Assembly (NCBI GenBank): GCA_038878295.1
Contig: JAVZVY010000003.1
Span: 1-42,036 of the forward strand
Direction: 5' to 3'
Length of the DNA stretch: 42,036 bases
Source: Candidatus Micrarchaeaceae archaeon
GTDB taxonomy: Archaea > Micrarchaeota > Micrarchaeia > Micrarchaeales > CABMGC01
Below the pieces are notes generated by a model, which did not search any database, had not been told where the DNA came from, and saw only the letters and a list, made by a program, of their open reading frames with translations. The translations under genes and the position numbers were made by a program. This document shows, in pieces, positions 18,812 through 26,487 of this stretch (positions within the stretch are counted from its first letter, which is position 1; the number at the start of each line of letters is the position of its first letter).

Positions 18812-19591
18812 CTATTCTTTTATCTTGTTTTTACTCTTTTTTGTTTCTTCTTTTCTTAACGCTCCAGAAAGATACGCTTCTGCAACCGTATCCTGCAGCA
18901 ACCTGACATTTCCATTTCTGAGCCTTTCATAAGCCGTCGTAAGCCTCTTAAGTTCTTCATCACCAACCTCTGTTATTTTTCTGCTTTGGTTGCTTATGGT
19001 GTATATATCTATGGGTTCTGCCAAAAATGTCGGCGACAACCGCATAGTATCCTTTATGGCTTTTAGCACTACAAGTTTTCCTTCTTTCATAGTAAGGTCA
19101 ACATCCTCATACTCCTTAAGTGCGGCATATGCTAAATCATTTTCAGCCAACACAACGAATTTTTCTTCGGCGTGCCTGCCTCTTAGATAGTGGTCAGCAA
19201 CCCAGATGGCATTCTTGCCATTGCTATCTACGTAAGCCAATATTATCTCTATTGAAATGTCTTCTTTTACAGCGTCAATGCTCTGTATGCCGCTACTGCT
19301 TCTAAGTTCAACGTCTTTTTTAATTATGTCTGCAATGCCTGAAAGAAACTGTTCAAACATGCTTTCGCTTATTTCGGGTGCGTCTCCAAAGACATCATCT
19401 GCAAGCTTCTTGATCTTTTGATTTATCCATACGGTTCCGGCCAGAGCCAGAATATACTTATCTGCAGGGTAGATCTTCTTTAGATATACGGATACGTAAC
19501 TGGATGGATCAGCATCTGACCTTAGGCTCATGCCTGTATCGGAAGCCACAACTATTCCATCAACGCACTTCAGTGCTATGACCAATGACGT
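18812..19591 (-). CDS. proteasome-beta-like Ntn hydrolase (predicted Ser1; proposed ACG start)
   Basis: SLVIALKCVDGIVVASD aligns with the T1...D17 pattern, followed by KKI and ALAG. The ORF track starts at TTG 19585. Confidence 0.75.
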   Translation of the reverse strand, partial: TSLVIALKCVDGIVVASDTGMSLRSDADPSSYVSVYLKKIYPADKYILALAGTVWINQKIKKLADDVFGDAPEISESMFEQFLSGIADIIKKDVELRSSSGIQSIDAVKEDISIEIILAYVDSNGKNAIWVADHYLRGRHAEEKFVVLAENDLAYAALKEYEDVDLTMKEGKLVVLKAIKDTMRLSPTFLAEPIDIYTISNQSRKITEVGDEELKRLTTAYERLRNGNVRLLQDTVAEAYLSGALRKEETKKSKNKIKE

Positions 19592-19616
19592 ACAACCACT
19601 TGGATAAGTCTATACT

Positions 19617-20387
19617 TTATATTTTTGTCATCTTCTTTTCTGCGGCATCGGTGCTGCCTCTTAGATGCCGCAGCATGTCACTTATTAATTGCTGCTCCAT
19701 CCTGTTTATATCTTTATAAGTGCTCTCAAACTCTGCGATTTTGATGTCGTTAACCTTTTCTATGCCTTTGCTGCTCATCGTATAGATGCTTATCGGTTCG
19801 AGCAACTCAGATCCTGAAATAGACATCGTGTCTTTTATTACCTTATAAGCGATAAAGCTGCCTTCCTCGATTCCTAATTCTTCATTTTTATATTTCTCGA
19901 GCTGCAAGTTAGCCGCGCTTTCTCCTACGCCAATTCCGACGGCTCCTAATCTGTTTTCGCTATTAATTACTGTTGGAAGCATGTCGTTTGATATTATAAC
20001 CGCTGTCGCTCCATTTCTTTCATCGAAGCTTGCAAGTAAAAGTGTTGCATCAAGCTCTATTTTGGTAGCATCTTCTTCTGGGTCTTCGCCCCTCGCCATT
20101 CTGGCTCTTTTTATGTATCCCTCCTTGCGTTCAGCAAAATCTTCCAGAAATTTAGCTTTTATATCTTCAAATTTCTTGTTTTTGTTTAATTCTGTTTTGA
20201 GAAGCTCTCTAGCTTCCTCTATAAGGCTGTAGTCTCCAACACCAGAGAACAAGAATCTGCCATTTATAACCCTGATTTTCTCTCCACGTCGCAATATGGC
20301 TGTATTTTCCGTATACGCAGTATCAAATCCGCTATCTGCAGCTACTACAATTCCATCGTTGCATGGAATGTATATCAATAATGTTAT
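19617..20387 (-). CDS. proteasome-beta-like Ntn hydrolase (predicted Thr1; proposed ATA start)
   Basis: TLLIYIPCNDGIVVAAD (T1...D17), EKI, SGVG and GIGVG; paralogous to its neighbour (IKDTM...L.EPI.IYT.S). Confidence 0.78.
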   Translation of the reverse strand: MTLLIYIPCNDGIVVAADSGFDTAYTENTAILRRGEKIRVINGRFLFSGVGDYSLIEEARELLKTELNKNKKFEDIKAKFLEDFAERKEGYIKRARMARGEDPEEDATKIELDATLLLASFDERNGATAVIISNDMLPTVINSENRLGAVGIGVGESAANLQLEKYKNEELGIEEGSFIAYKVIKDTMSISGSELLEPISIYTMSSKGIEKVNDIKIAEFESTYKDINRMEQQLISDMLRHLRGSTDAAEKKMTKI

Positions 20388-20544
20388 TTTACCGCCTATT
20401 GTTTTTTGCTGAAAAATAAATATAAATATGTCGCACAAACACCAGTACTTTACAACAAATACACATATTTGCTAGAGAGAAAGTCAGAGCGCCAAACCGC
20501 GGTGAAGATAGGCATTTACCCGTGCTTTAACTTAAGTCAAACTG

Positions 20545-20619
20545 CGGGCCCGGTGGGATTTGAACCCACGACTTAAAGGTTAAAAGCCTTCCACTCTGGC
20601 CAAACTGAGTTACGGGCCC
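20545..20619 (-). tRNA. tRNA-Lys(TTT), intronless
   Basis: GGGCCCG/CGGGCCC acceptor stem, GAAGG-CTTTTAA-CCTTT anticodon arm and GTTCAAATC T-loop. Confidence 0.95.
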
Positions 20620-20698
20620 TTTGCATATTGATAATTAGTATTGTGTGAAATATTTATATCTGATTTGGTTTATACTGATTCTTGGTTTTAGTGAAAGC

Positions 20699-21238
20699 AT
20701 GAGCAAGCATAATGCACATGCGCACACGCATGGCTATTTTAGCGCGGAGCCAGACGAATCTACAAAGAATCTGCTGGCACAGAATCTTGAAAAAGGCGCC
20801 GTAATTGTAGATTATGGATGTGGAATTGGCAGATATTGCGGTGTGCTTAGTGAATATGCAAAGAGACTGTATTGTGTAGACGTTAATGAAGAAGCCCTAC
20901 AACTTGTAAAAGCAAGGTTTGAAGACGCAATCACAATAAGTAGTACTGAAAGCATAGAAGGCAATAGCGTTGACACAGTACTTCTTGCGAATTCTTTTCA
21001 TGATTTTGAAGATAAAGAATTCGCGGTATCGGAGATTTTGCGAATCTTAAAATATGGAGGCAAAGTGATAGTAATAGATTGGAAAAAGGCAGACTCTGAC
21101 AAAAGTGTAGCGCTGTTTGGCCCACCGATGCGAATTAGGATGAGCAAAGAGGACTATAAGAATTACTTCAAAAAATTTAGACTTATAAATGCGTTAGACA
21201 TCAACGAGACGCATTATGGACTAATCTTCAGCAAGTAG
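20699..21238 (+). CDS. class I SAM-dependent methyltransferase
   Basis: VDYGCGIG motif I, VDVN, NSFHD, RILK.GGK and IDW...GPP. Start at ATG 20699 (AGTG + 5 nt). Confidence 0.85.
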   Translation: MSKHNAHAHTHGYFSAEPDESTKNLLAQNLEKGAVIVDYGCGIGRYCGVLSEYAKRLYCVDVNEEALQLVKARFEDAITISSTESIEGNSVDTVLLANSFHDFEDKEFAVSEILRILKYGGKVIVIDWKKADSDKSVALFGPPMRIRMSKEDYKNYFKKFRLINALDINETHYGLIFSK

Positions 21239-21240
21239 TT

Positions 21241-21732
21241 TTATATTCCTAGATCCTTTCTGATTTTTGAGTTCTTGGCGAATACCAAGTATGTGATTAT
21301 TATGAAATCTATTATTATGGCACAGTGCATTATCGTGCAGTATATGCAGATTGCTTTAACCACGAATAGCTCTAGATAAATCAAATACGGCACAAGCAAG
21401 AGCCCAAAAAATCGCCATGCAAAAAGCGCGTTGAATGTTTTTCTCGCTATGCTGCTTCTCATGAAAACTACTGAGACAACCAGCAGGATGTTTATCACGA
21501 ACCACAATGCAGCGAGCATATCTAGAGACACGCCAAAGACTGTTGAATACGGGCTTTCGAGAACTTTCATGCAATTTATCTGAACGCCGCCCGAATGCGA
21601 GTTCCCAGGTATTGTGCAAAACGGCGGTGAAGTATGGAATACGTCAAGTTCTATTATTATAGTAGTTGCAGAAGCTATGCCGATTATAGACATTGCAATT
21701 AATATCAGAAAATCTTTGTAAGATGCTCGCAT
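21241..21732 (-). CDS. vitamin K epoxide reductase (VKOR) family protein
   Basis: Four TM segments, loop cysteines (FCT...NCMKVLESPYS) and a CIYC redox motif. Confidence 0.88.
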   Translation of the reverse strand: MRASYKDFLILIAMSIIGIASATTIIIELDVFHTSPPFCTIPGNSHSGGVQINCMKVLESPYSTVFGVSLDMLAALWFVINILLVVSVVFMRSSIARKTFNALFAWRFFGLLLVPYLIYLELFVVKAICIYCTIMHCAIIIDFIIITYLVFAKNSKIRKDLGI

Positions 21733-21788
21733 GCTTATCTATCTTATAAAACGTTTTTATAGCTGCTGGTTTGTTATGGTTTGTCAAA

Positions 21789-21875
21789 GGCCTTGGCCGG
21801 GATTTCCTAGCGAACTAGTCGGACCCGGTCTAGAGGGTCCACAGCCCTCCGTGCAGCCGTTACACCACCAAGGCC
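21789..21875 (-). tRNA. tRNA-His(GTG) with encoded G-1 and a T-loop intron of about 15 nt
   Basis: G-GCCTTGG/CCAAGGC-C acceptor stem, GAGGG-CTGTGGA-CCCTC anticodon arm and a CCGGG/CCCGG T-stem enclosing 22 nt. Confidence 0.87.
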
Positions 21876-21923
21876 ATGATACTATTATTAGTTGGATATC
21901 TTTATAATTATCTATGGGTCGCG

Positions 21924-22190
21924 TTACTTCGCGGTAATGTATGTTATGCCATCAGACACTAGAACTGCGCTTTCTTGGGGTGTCGCATTCATGTTGCTTA
22001 GCTCTGCTGCGCCGCTTAGAAGCTGGCCGTTTTGTGATGCCGAGATCACAGAAGCTACCTTTATGGCGGAAGCGCTTTGCAAGTATGCGGTTGCAATGCT
22101 GTTTGAATAAGCAAGCAGCTGTATCGAATAGCTTAACTCTACAAGCGAGACAATTATCGCAAATGAAATGAAAAGCCCATAGAATGCCAG
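21924..22190 (-). CDS. small pilin-like/membrane-anchored protein, last gene of the pilus operon (88 aa; proposed CTG start)
   Basis: Not in the ORF track. The open frame reads (M)AFYGLFISFAIIVSLVELSYSIQ...LVSDGITYITAK*, with GGTG + 5 nt before CTG; its C-terminus resembles LVTSDNITY of the 23823 gene. Confidence 0.72.
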   Translation of the reverse strand: MAFYGLFISFAIIVSLVELSYSIQLLAYSNSIATAYLQSASAIKVASVISASQNGQLLSGAAELSNMNATPQESAVLVSDGITYITAK

Positions 22191-22577
22191 TCAATCACCT
22201 ATAAAAATGCATATAGGGTAGCCATATCGATGCGAAATGATGCATGTGTGCGCAGTCGCGTTTTCGACGTATCCGAAGTGCTTGTCGTAAATGACAATTT
22301 CAATTCCGCGTGCTTTATATGCATTCTCATATGTGTATATGTAGTTTTGAAGGCATTGACTGCTGTTGAAATATGCTGAAACCACGCAGCTGGCGGCCGT
22401 CGAGTTATATTCGAGCTGATTGGAGATATCAAAGAGTGCCATGCTTGACTGCAGAGCATATTTAGAGAAATAAACATTTGAAATTTCAGAGCTTTCCGAA
22501 CGCGCAATCATCGACAACACCGCAGCTATGAAAAATATCGAAATCGCTGTTTCCAAAGTTGCAGTCTGCACTTTCAT
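22191..22577 (-). CDS. minor pilin-like protein
   Basis: MKVQTATLE followed by a hydrophobic helix (class III signal-like); lies in the pilus operon. Confidence 0.65.
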   Translation of the reverse strand: MKVQTATLETAISIFFIAAVLSMIARSESSEISNVYFSKYALQSSMALFDISNQLEYNSTAASCVVSAYFNSSQCLQNYIYTYENAYKARGIEIVIYDKHFGYVENATAHTCIISHRYGYPICIFIGD

Positions 22578-22582
22578 ATCTA

Positions 22583-23845
22583 TCACGCTATCGTAACTAT
22601 AGACCCCATATATGAGGTTGTCGAGTTTGCAGCCAGGCCTTGGATGTTTGCATTTATGTAGTATGAAAATGGCTCTATCGCATTGCAGGACATTTGGTAG
22701 CCAGAAAAACTGCAGCCGGTAAGGTTATATGGCTCGCTTTTAACCAGATTTGAATATGCCTCGGAATATGCAGATATAATCTGCTGTATCTGTGCCTGAG
22801 TCGACTGGGATACTCCAGAATTGTTGTAATAGCTTAGCGTACTGTATAGATTGTTCTTTGCTTGAGTGTACCACTCATAAGCAGACGCATTTGCAACCCA
22901 GGAATAATTACCTTTGCTAAGCACCTCAACGCTCGAGAAGGCCGAATTGCCGCTCACATTAAGTATTGTAGCATTGCCTACTGTAGACTTGCCTAAGAGC
23001 ACGTTGGAGGTTCGCGAGGCATTTGATAGGTTCGCCAAAAGGATATTATCAAAAGCGTATAGATAAAGAGTAAAACTGTATGCGTATTTCTCTTCGGAGA
23101 CGCCAGCAGTAGATAAATTAATCCCGGTCGGATACGGAGCGATGCAGAACGTGACTGTTTGCACGCTATCCCTTGTATAGCAATAATCGCTGAATATTCT
23201 GTAGTCCCATGCATTTGCCCCACATTGGATTGATGTTGGAAGCGGGTTGCCCCAGAAGTCAGTATATGTGCAGTGGCTCCACTCGCTCAAGGCGAACATA
23301 CTCATCTTGTCTTCGAACGGATAAATTATTCGCTCGCGCCTATTTGATATTCGCGCAGATATCTGGCTGTTTTGCGTGCTTTCTGTTGAAAATGTAGAAA
23401 GGCGCGCAGCGTTTGCTTCTGTGTAACTGCCGCAACTTACTGAATAGTTTATGCTCGCGGTATCGGTGCCGGGTTTAATTGGTTCAAATTCAGTGCTGAG
23501 CATTCCGATACCGTTAAAGGCATCGTAGAGATTGCTTGACGCGAATGCGAGTGAGTTTGAAGCCAGATGAAATTCTGCAGAACCGTTTGCACAGCCATAC
23601 ACCGCAACATAGAGTTGGCTCTGCTGATACAAAGTTGTATTCAATGGCATGTATAAAGTTACGTATACCCCAGTTGAGTGCATAGCTGGCACCGAAAAGT
23701 TCAGAGGACTGTTGCCTGAGAGAGCGCTGCCAAACAGTTTCTGCGCATAGTGCACCTTGTTCGAATATAAAGCTATTGCGCTTACGGCCAACGTCCCGAT
23801 TGCACCAAGTATCAGAAGGAACTCAAGACTCGTTTGAAGCTTCAT
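22583..23845 (-). CDS. large class III signal peptide protein (putative pilus adhesin/minor pilin)
   Basis: MKLQTSLEFLLILG N-terminus; extracellular-type body rich in S/N/Y with many N-x-S/T sequons and several Cys. Confidence 0.72.
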   Translation of the reverse strand: MKLQTSLEFLLILGAIGTLAVSAIALYSNKVHYAQKLFGSALSGNSPLNFSVPAMHSTGVYVTLYMPLNTTLYQQSQLYVAVYGCANGSAEFHLASNSLAFASSNLYDAFNGIGMLSTEFEPIKPGTDTASINYSVSCGSYTEANAARLSTFSTESTQNSQISARISNRRERIIYPFEDKMSMFALSEWSHCTYTDFWGNPLPTSIQCGANAWDYRIFSDYCYTRDSVQTVTFCIAPYPTGINLSTAGVSEEKYAYSFTLYLYAFDNILLANLSNASRTSNVLLGKSTVGNATILNVSGNSAFSSVEVLSKGNYSWVANASAYEWYTQAKNNLYSTLSYYNNSGVSQSTQAQIQQIISAYSEAYSNLVKSEPYNLTGCSFSGYQMSCNAIEPFSYYINANIQGLAANSTTSYMGSIVTIA

Positions 23846-24206
23846 AGTTTACCACCATAAGATAGGTGATATTGTCGCTCGTCACTAAGCGGCAGAGCGA
23901 ATATTGGCAGTAATATGTTGCATTCCTAAGCGTGTACCCCTTGAGCAAGGACACATTAAGATTGTAGACTCGAGACTCGCTAGATATGAAACTGGAAGCA
24001 GTTGAAAAATTCATCTGAGTGCTTTCAATGGCCGTTACGAACTCCTGCGAGAGATCGCTTACGTTTAGAAACTTCGTCTGATAGTACAGCGTTTCTGCAA
24101 TATTCCTCTGGAGGATGTAATATGTTTTGTATAGCATGAGGGCGGCGATGAGAATAAGCTGAAGCGCCATTAGCATGTCCAAAGATAGCAGTATTAGTCT
24201 CTTCAA
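23823..24206 (-). CDS. pilin-like membrane protein
   Basis: Likely TTG start giving MKRLILLSLDMLMALQLILIAALML; lies in the pilus operon. Confidence 0.6.
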   Translation of the reverse strand: MKRLILLSLDMLMALQLILIAALMLYKTYYILQRNIAETLYYQTKFLNVSDLSQEFVTAIESTQMNFSTASSFISSESRVYNLNVSLLKGYTLRNATYYCQYSLCRLVTSDNITYLMVVNYEASNES

Positions 24207-24210
24207 CAAA

Positions 24211-24411
24211 TCACACGCATTTAGACGCCGCTTGGTATGCGCCAATTATGTTTAACATGTTTGAGAGGCTTGATGAACACGAAGTTGAAGCTGGCTGGCT
24301 GTATCGCAAATCGCCTGCAAAAAGCGAAGATGCTGCACCTAAAAGGAAGGCAACAACCATAAGTGCTATGACCATGTAAATCAGCATCTCGAATGAAATC
24401 TGCGCGAGCAT
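24211..24411 (-). CDS. small type IV pilin-like protein
   Basis: MLAQISFEMLIYMVIAL class III signal. Confidence 0.68.
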   Translation of the reverse strand: MLAQISFEMLIYMVIALMVVAFLLGAASSLFAGDLRYSQPASTSCSSSLSNMLNIIGAYQAASKCV

Positions 24412-24413
24412 GA

Positions 24414-24794
24414 TCACGCCTTTGCCAACATAAATGAACCGTGATTATCGTAAATTGTTAGCGTGGTGTTGCCTGAGCTTGTACAGAGGGCCCCGCTATC
24501 TATTTTAAGCGGCGCGACAAGGCCAAATGTACCGTACGGTGCACTTAGAGACGACACCGTGATTGTAGAGTTGTTGCACAGTCCTTCTGGCAAAGCAATC
24601 TTCAGCGTCATTTCCGGCATGCCTGCTGTCATCGCATAGTTTATTCGGTATGCCATGTTTGATAGAAGATACGCGTTTACGTAAAAGTTTGCTTTTGCTT
24701 CTCCGCTCCCAAGAACGCTTACCGCAAAAGCCAGTGAAAGCCCAGCCACTGCCAGATAAAGCAAAAACTCAAACGAGAGCTGGGCTTTCTTCAT
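24414..24794 (-). CDS. type IV pilin-like protein
   Basis: MKKAQLSFEFLLYLAV class III signal. Confidence 0.8.
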   Translation of the reverse strand: MKKAQLSFEFLLYLAVAGLSLAFAVSVLGSGEAKANFYVNAYLLSNMAYRINYAMTAGMPEMTLKIALPEGLCNNSTITVSSLSAPYGTFGLVAPLKIDSGALCTSSGNTTLTIYDNHGSFMLAKA

Positions 24795-24796
24795 TG

Positions 24797-25027
24797 TTAC
24801 ACCGAATTTGAGGAAAGTGAGGAAAGCTCATGAGCTATGGCCTGCACCATGCTCATGTTGGTGTTGTTTATGTACATGTGCGTTACAACTGCGCCTTTTA
24901 GTCCGACTACCATAGCCAGGGCTATCACGATTACAATGCTAGCAGCTGCTAACATCATTATGTACTCAAGAGAGCCCTGGCCTTTCACTGTCCTCACCTT
25001 TCCGCGTTCTTTCTTTTCTCGTTTCAT
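24797..25027 (-). CDS. type IV pilin (class III signal peptide; candidate major pilin)
   Basis: Basic leader, then KGQGSLEYIMMLAAASIVIVIAL. ATG 25027 has GGTG + 5 nt. Confidence 0.82.
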   Translation of the reverse strand: MKREKKERGKVRTVKGQGSLEYIMMLAAASIVIVIALAMVVGLKGAVVTHMYINNTNMSMVQAIAHELSSLSSNSV

Positions 25028-25031
25028 CGAA

Positions 25032-25796
25032 TCACCATAAAAATCCTGGAAGAAAATGCATCGTCGCATAGAATATGGCGATTGCTATGTTGAGAGACGG
25101 CAAAAGTTTGTACAGCATCGCGCCGATCTGCGAGCCTAGAGCATCGATTGCGTGACTTATTGCGAGCATCATTGTTGTGTAAGCTATGACAATTATTGAA
25201 AATCTGCCCTCGGCGCTGGTGCCGCCAACAATTGCTGAAGAGCTGCTAAGTATGCTTGCGCTTATTCCGGCAAAAATAGGAAAGAAAATCATAATTCCAA
25301 GTCTTGACAGAGATTTCATGCTCTGCGTTTTTGAGATTAGAGCGTTTGCAGCGGCCTCGTTTTTGCTCAGGCGATCCTTAAATGCGTCAAGCAAGCCATC
25401 GATTTCCTGACCGCTTTCAAGTGACATTGCCACAATGCGCATGAAAGACTTCACGCTTTTGGATTCAGGACAATATGCCTCAACAGCGTCTGAAGGCTTC
25501 AGCCCAAGCTCGTATGATTTGCAGATAGAAGCTATGCTCCTTGAAAACGAGTAGCCACGTGCAGAGGTTTCCTTCAGAGCTGCGTATAGGGTGCCATTGC
25601 GCTTGTACGAGTTGATAAAATCGTAGATGAAGCTATGCGCTTCGGAGTCCTTGACCGCGGTTTGCCTGCGCCCTTCGCGATAGTATAGAAGTAGGCTTGG
25701 TATTGTCAAGGCCATGCCGATGTAAAATTTGATGGTGATAGCTGCGATTGAGAGCAGAAAAAGCACGGCAATCGCAAGCTTAGTTTTGTCACTCAA
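25032..25796 (-). CDS. type II secretion F/TadC-like pilus platform membrane protein
   Basis: TM-cytoplasmic domain-TM layout (IVAMSLESG); second membrane gene after the ATPase. Confidence 0.65.
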   Translation of the reverse strand: MSDKTKLAIAVLFLLSIAAITIKFYIGMALTIPSLLLYYREGRRQTAVKDSEAHSFIYDFINSYKRNGTLYAALKETSARGYSFSRSIASICKSYELGLKPSDAVEAYCPESKSVKSFMRIVAMSLESGQEIDGLLDAFKDRLSKNEAAANALISKTQSMKSLSRLGIMIFFPIFAGISASILSSSSAIVGGTSAEGRFSIIVIAYTTMMLAISHAIDALGSQIGAMLYKLLPSLNIAIAIFYATMHFLPGFLW

Positions 25797-26487
25797 ACAA
25801 TCGCCTGAATAAAGCGGCGTTTCCGAAAAAATAAAGCATAGGGATTACTTCCAGCATCGCAAGCGACAGAAACAGCAGATTGTTCCCACTGCTGTTCAGG
25901 ATTGACTCTGCTACAAAAATGAATATTACAAACGAGGGAAGAACAGAAGAGAGAAACATGTTGAACGTTGCATATCTCTGCAATGAGGCTTCCCTTATGG
26001 CATTTTTATGCTCGCTTTCGCTCGATTTTTCATCGAGATATTTTTTGATTGATGCATATATGTTTGTGCCCCTTGCGAGATTGAACCCGTTGAAAAGAGG
26101 ATTGCTCTTTGAAAACGTAACGCTGAGTGCAGATGCCGGATCGTCTCCGTAAGCTATTCTTAGCCTTGCTCGCTTTAGAGAGCCCGTAGTTTCAGCACAA
26201 GAAGACACTCTTGCCACTTTTTCTATGGTGGAAATGACGGATTTGCCCTTCTGCCTGTAGTAGCACAATGAGCCAAGCGCATCGATTCCCTCTTCGTATT
26301 CATTTTTTAAACGCGAGGCGGTGCGCAAATCCAAATAGCCTTTTGCGAAAAGAAGTGCAAGCGGCAACGATGCGAATGAAAATAATAGCGCGTATGTTAA
26401 GCTGTATGCACCGCTTGCAAACGAAAGCACAAGCCCTATGGTTGTGGCGAGCAACAAAGCGACAACAAATAAAGTGATTTTGTTCAT
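25789..26487 (-). CDS. type II secretion F/TadB-like pilus platform membrane protein
   Basis: Two N-terminal TMs, RIAYGDDPASAL and C-terminal TMs. The ATG overlaps the ATPase stop codon. Confidence 0.65.
   Translation of the reverse strand: MNKITLFVVALLLATTIGLVLSFASGAYSLTYALLFSFASLPLALLFAKGYLDLRTASRLKNEYEEGIDALGSLCYYRQKGKSVISTIEKVARVSSCAETTGSLKRARLRIAYGDDPASALSVTFSKSNPLFNGFNLARGTNIYASIKKYLDEKSSESEHKNAIREASLQRYATFNMFLSSVLPSFVIFIFVAESILNSSGNNLLFLSLAMLEVIPMLYFFGNAALFRRLFE

Noticed and set aside
18606-18932. 108-aa plus-strand ORF
   Set aside because: Overlaps the antisense strand of the Ntn gene and has no recognisable motif or SD.
18350-20619. Integrated element bounded by att repeats at tRNA-Lys
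   Set aside because: No duplicated tRNA 3' end and no integrase are visible, so it is only called an island.
21952-22194. 80-aa minus-strand ORF from the track
   Set aside because: Its composition is implausible; the overlapping frame 21924..22190 gives a coherent membrane protein with correct SD spacing.
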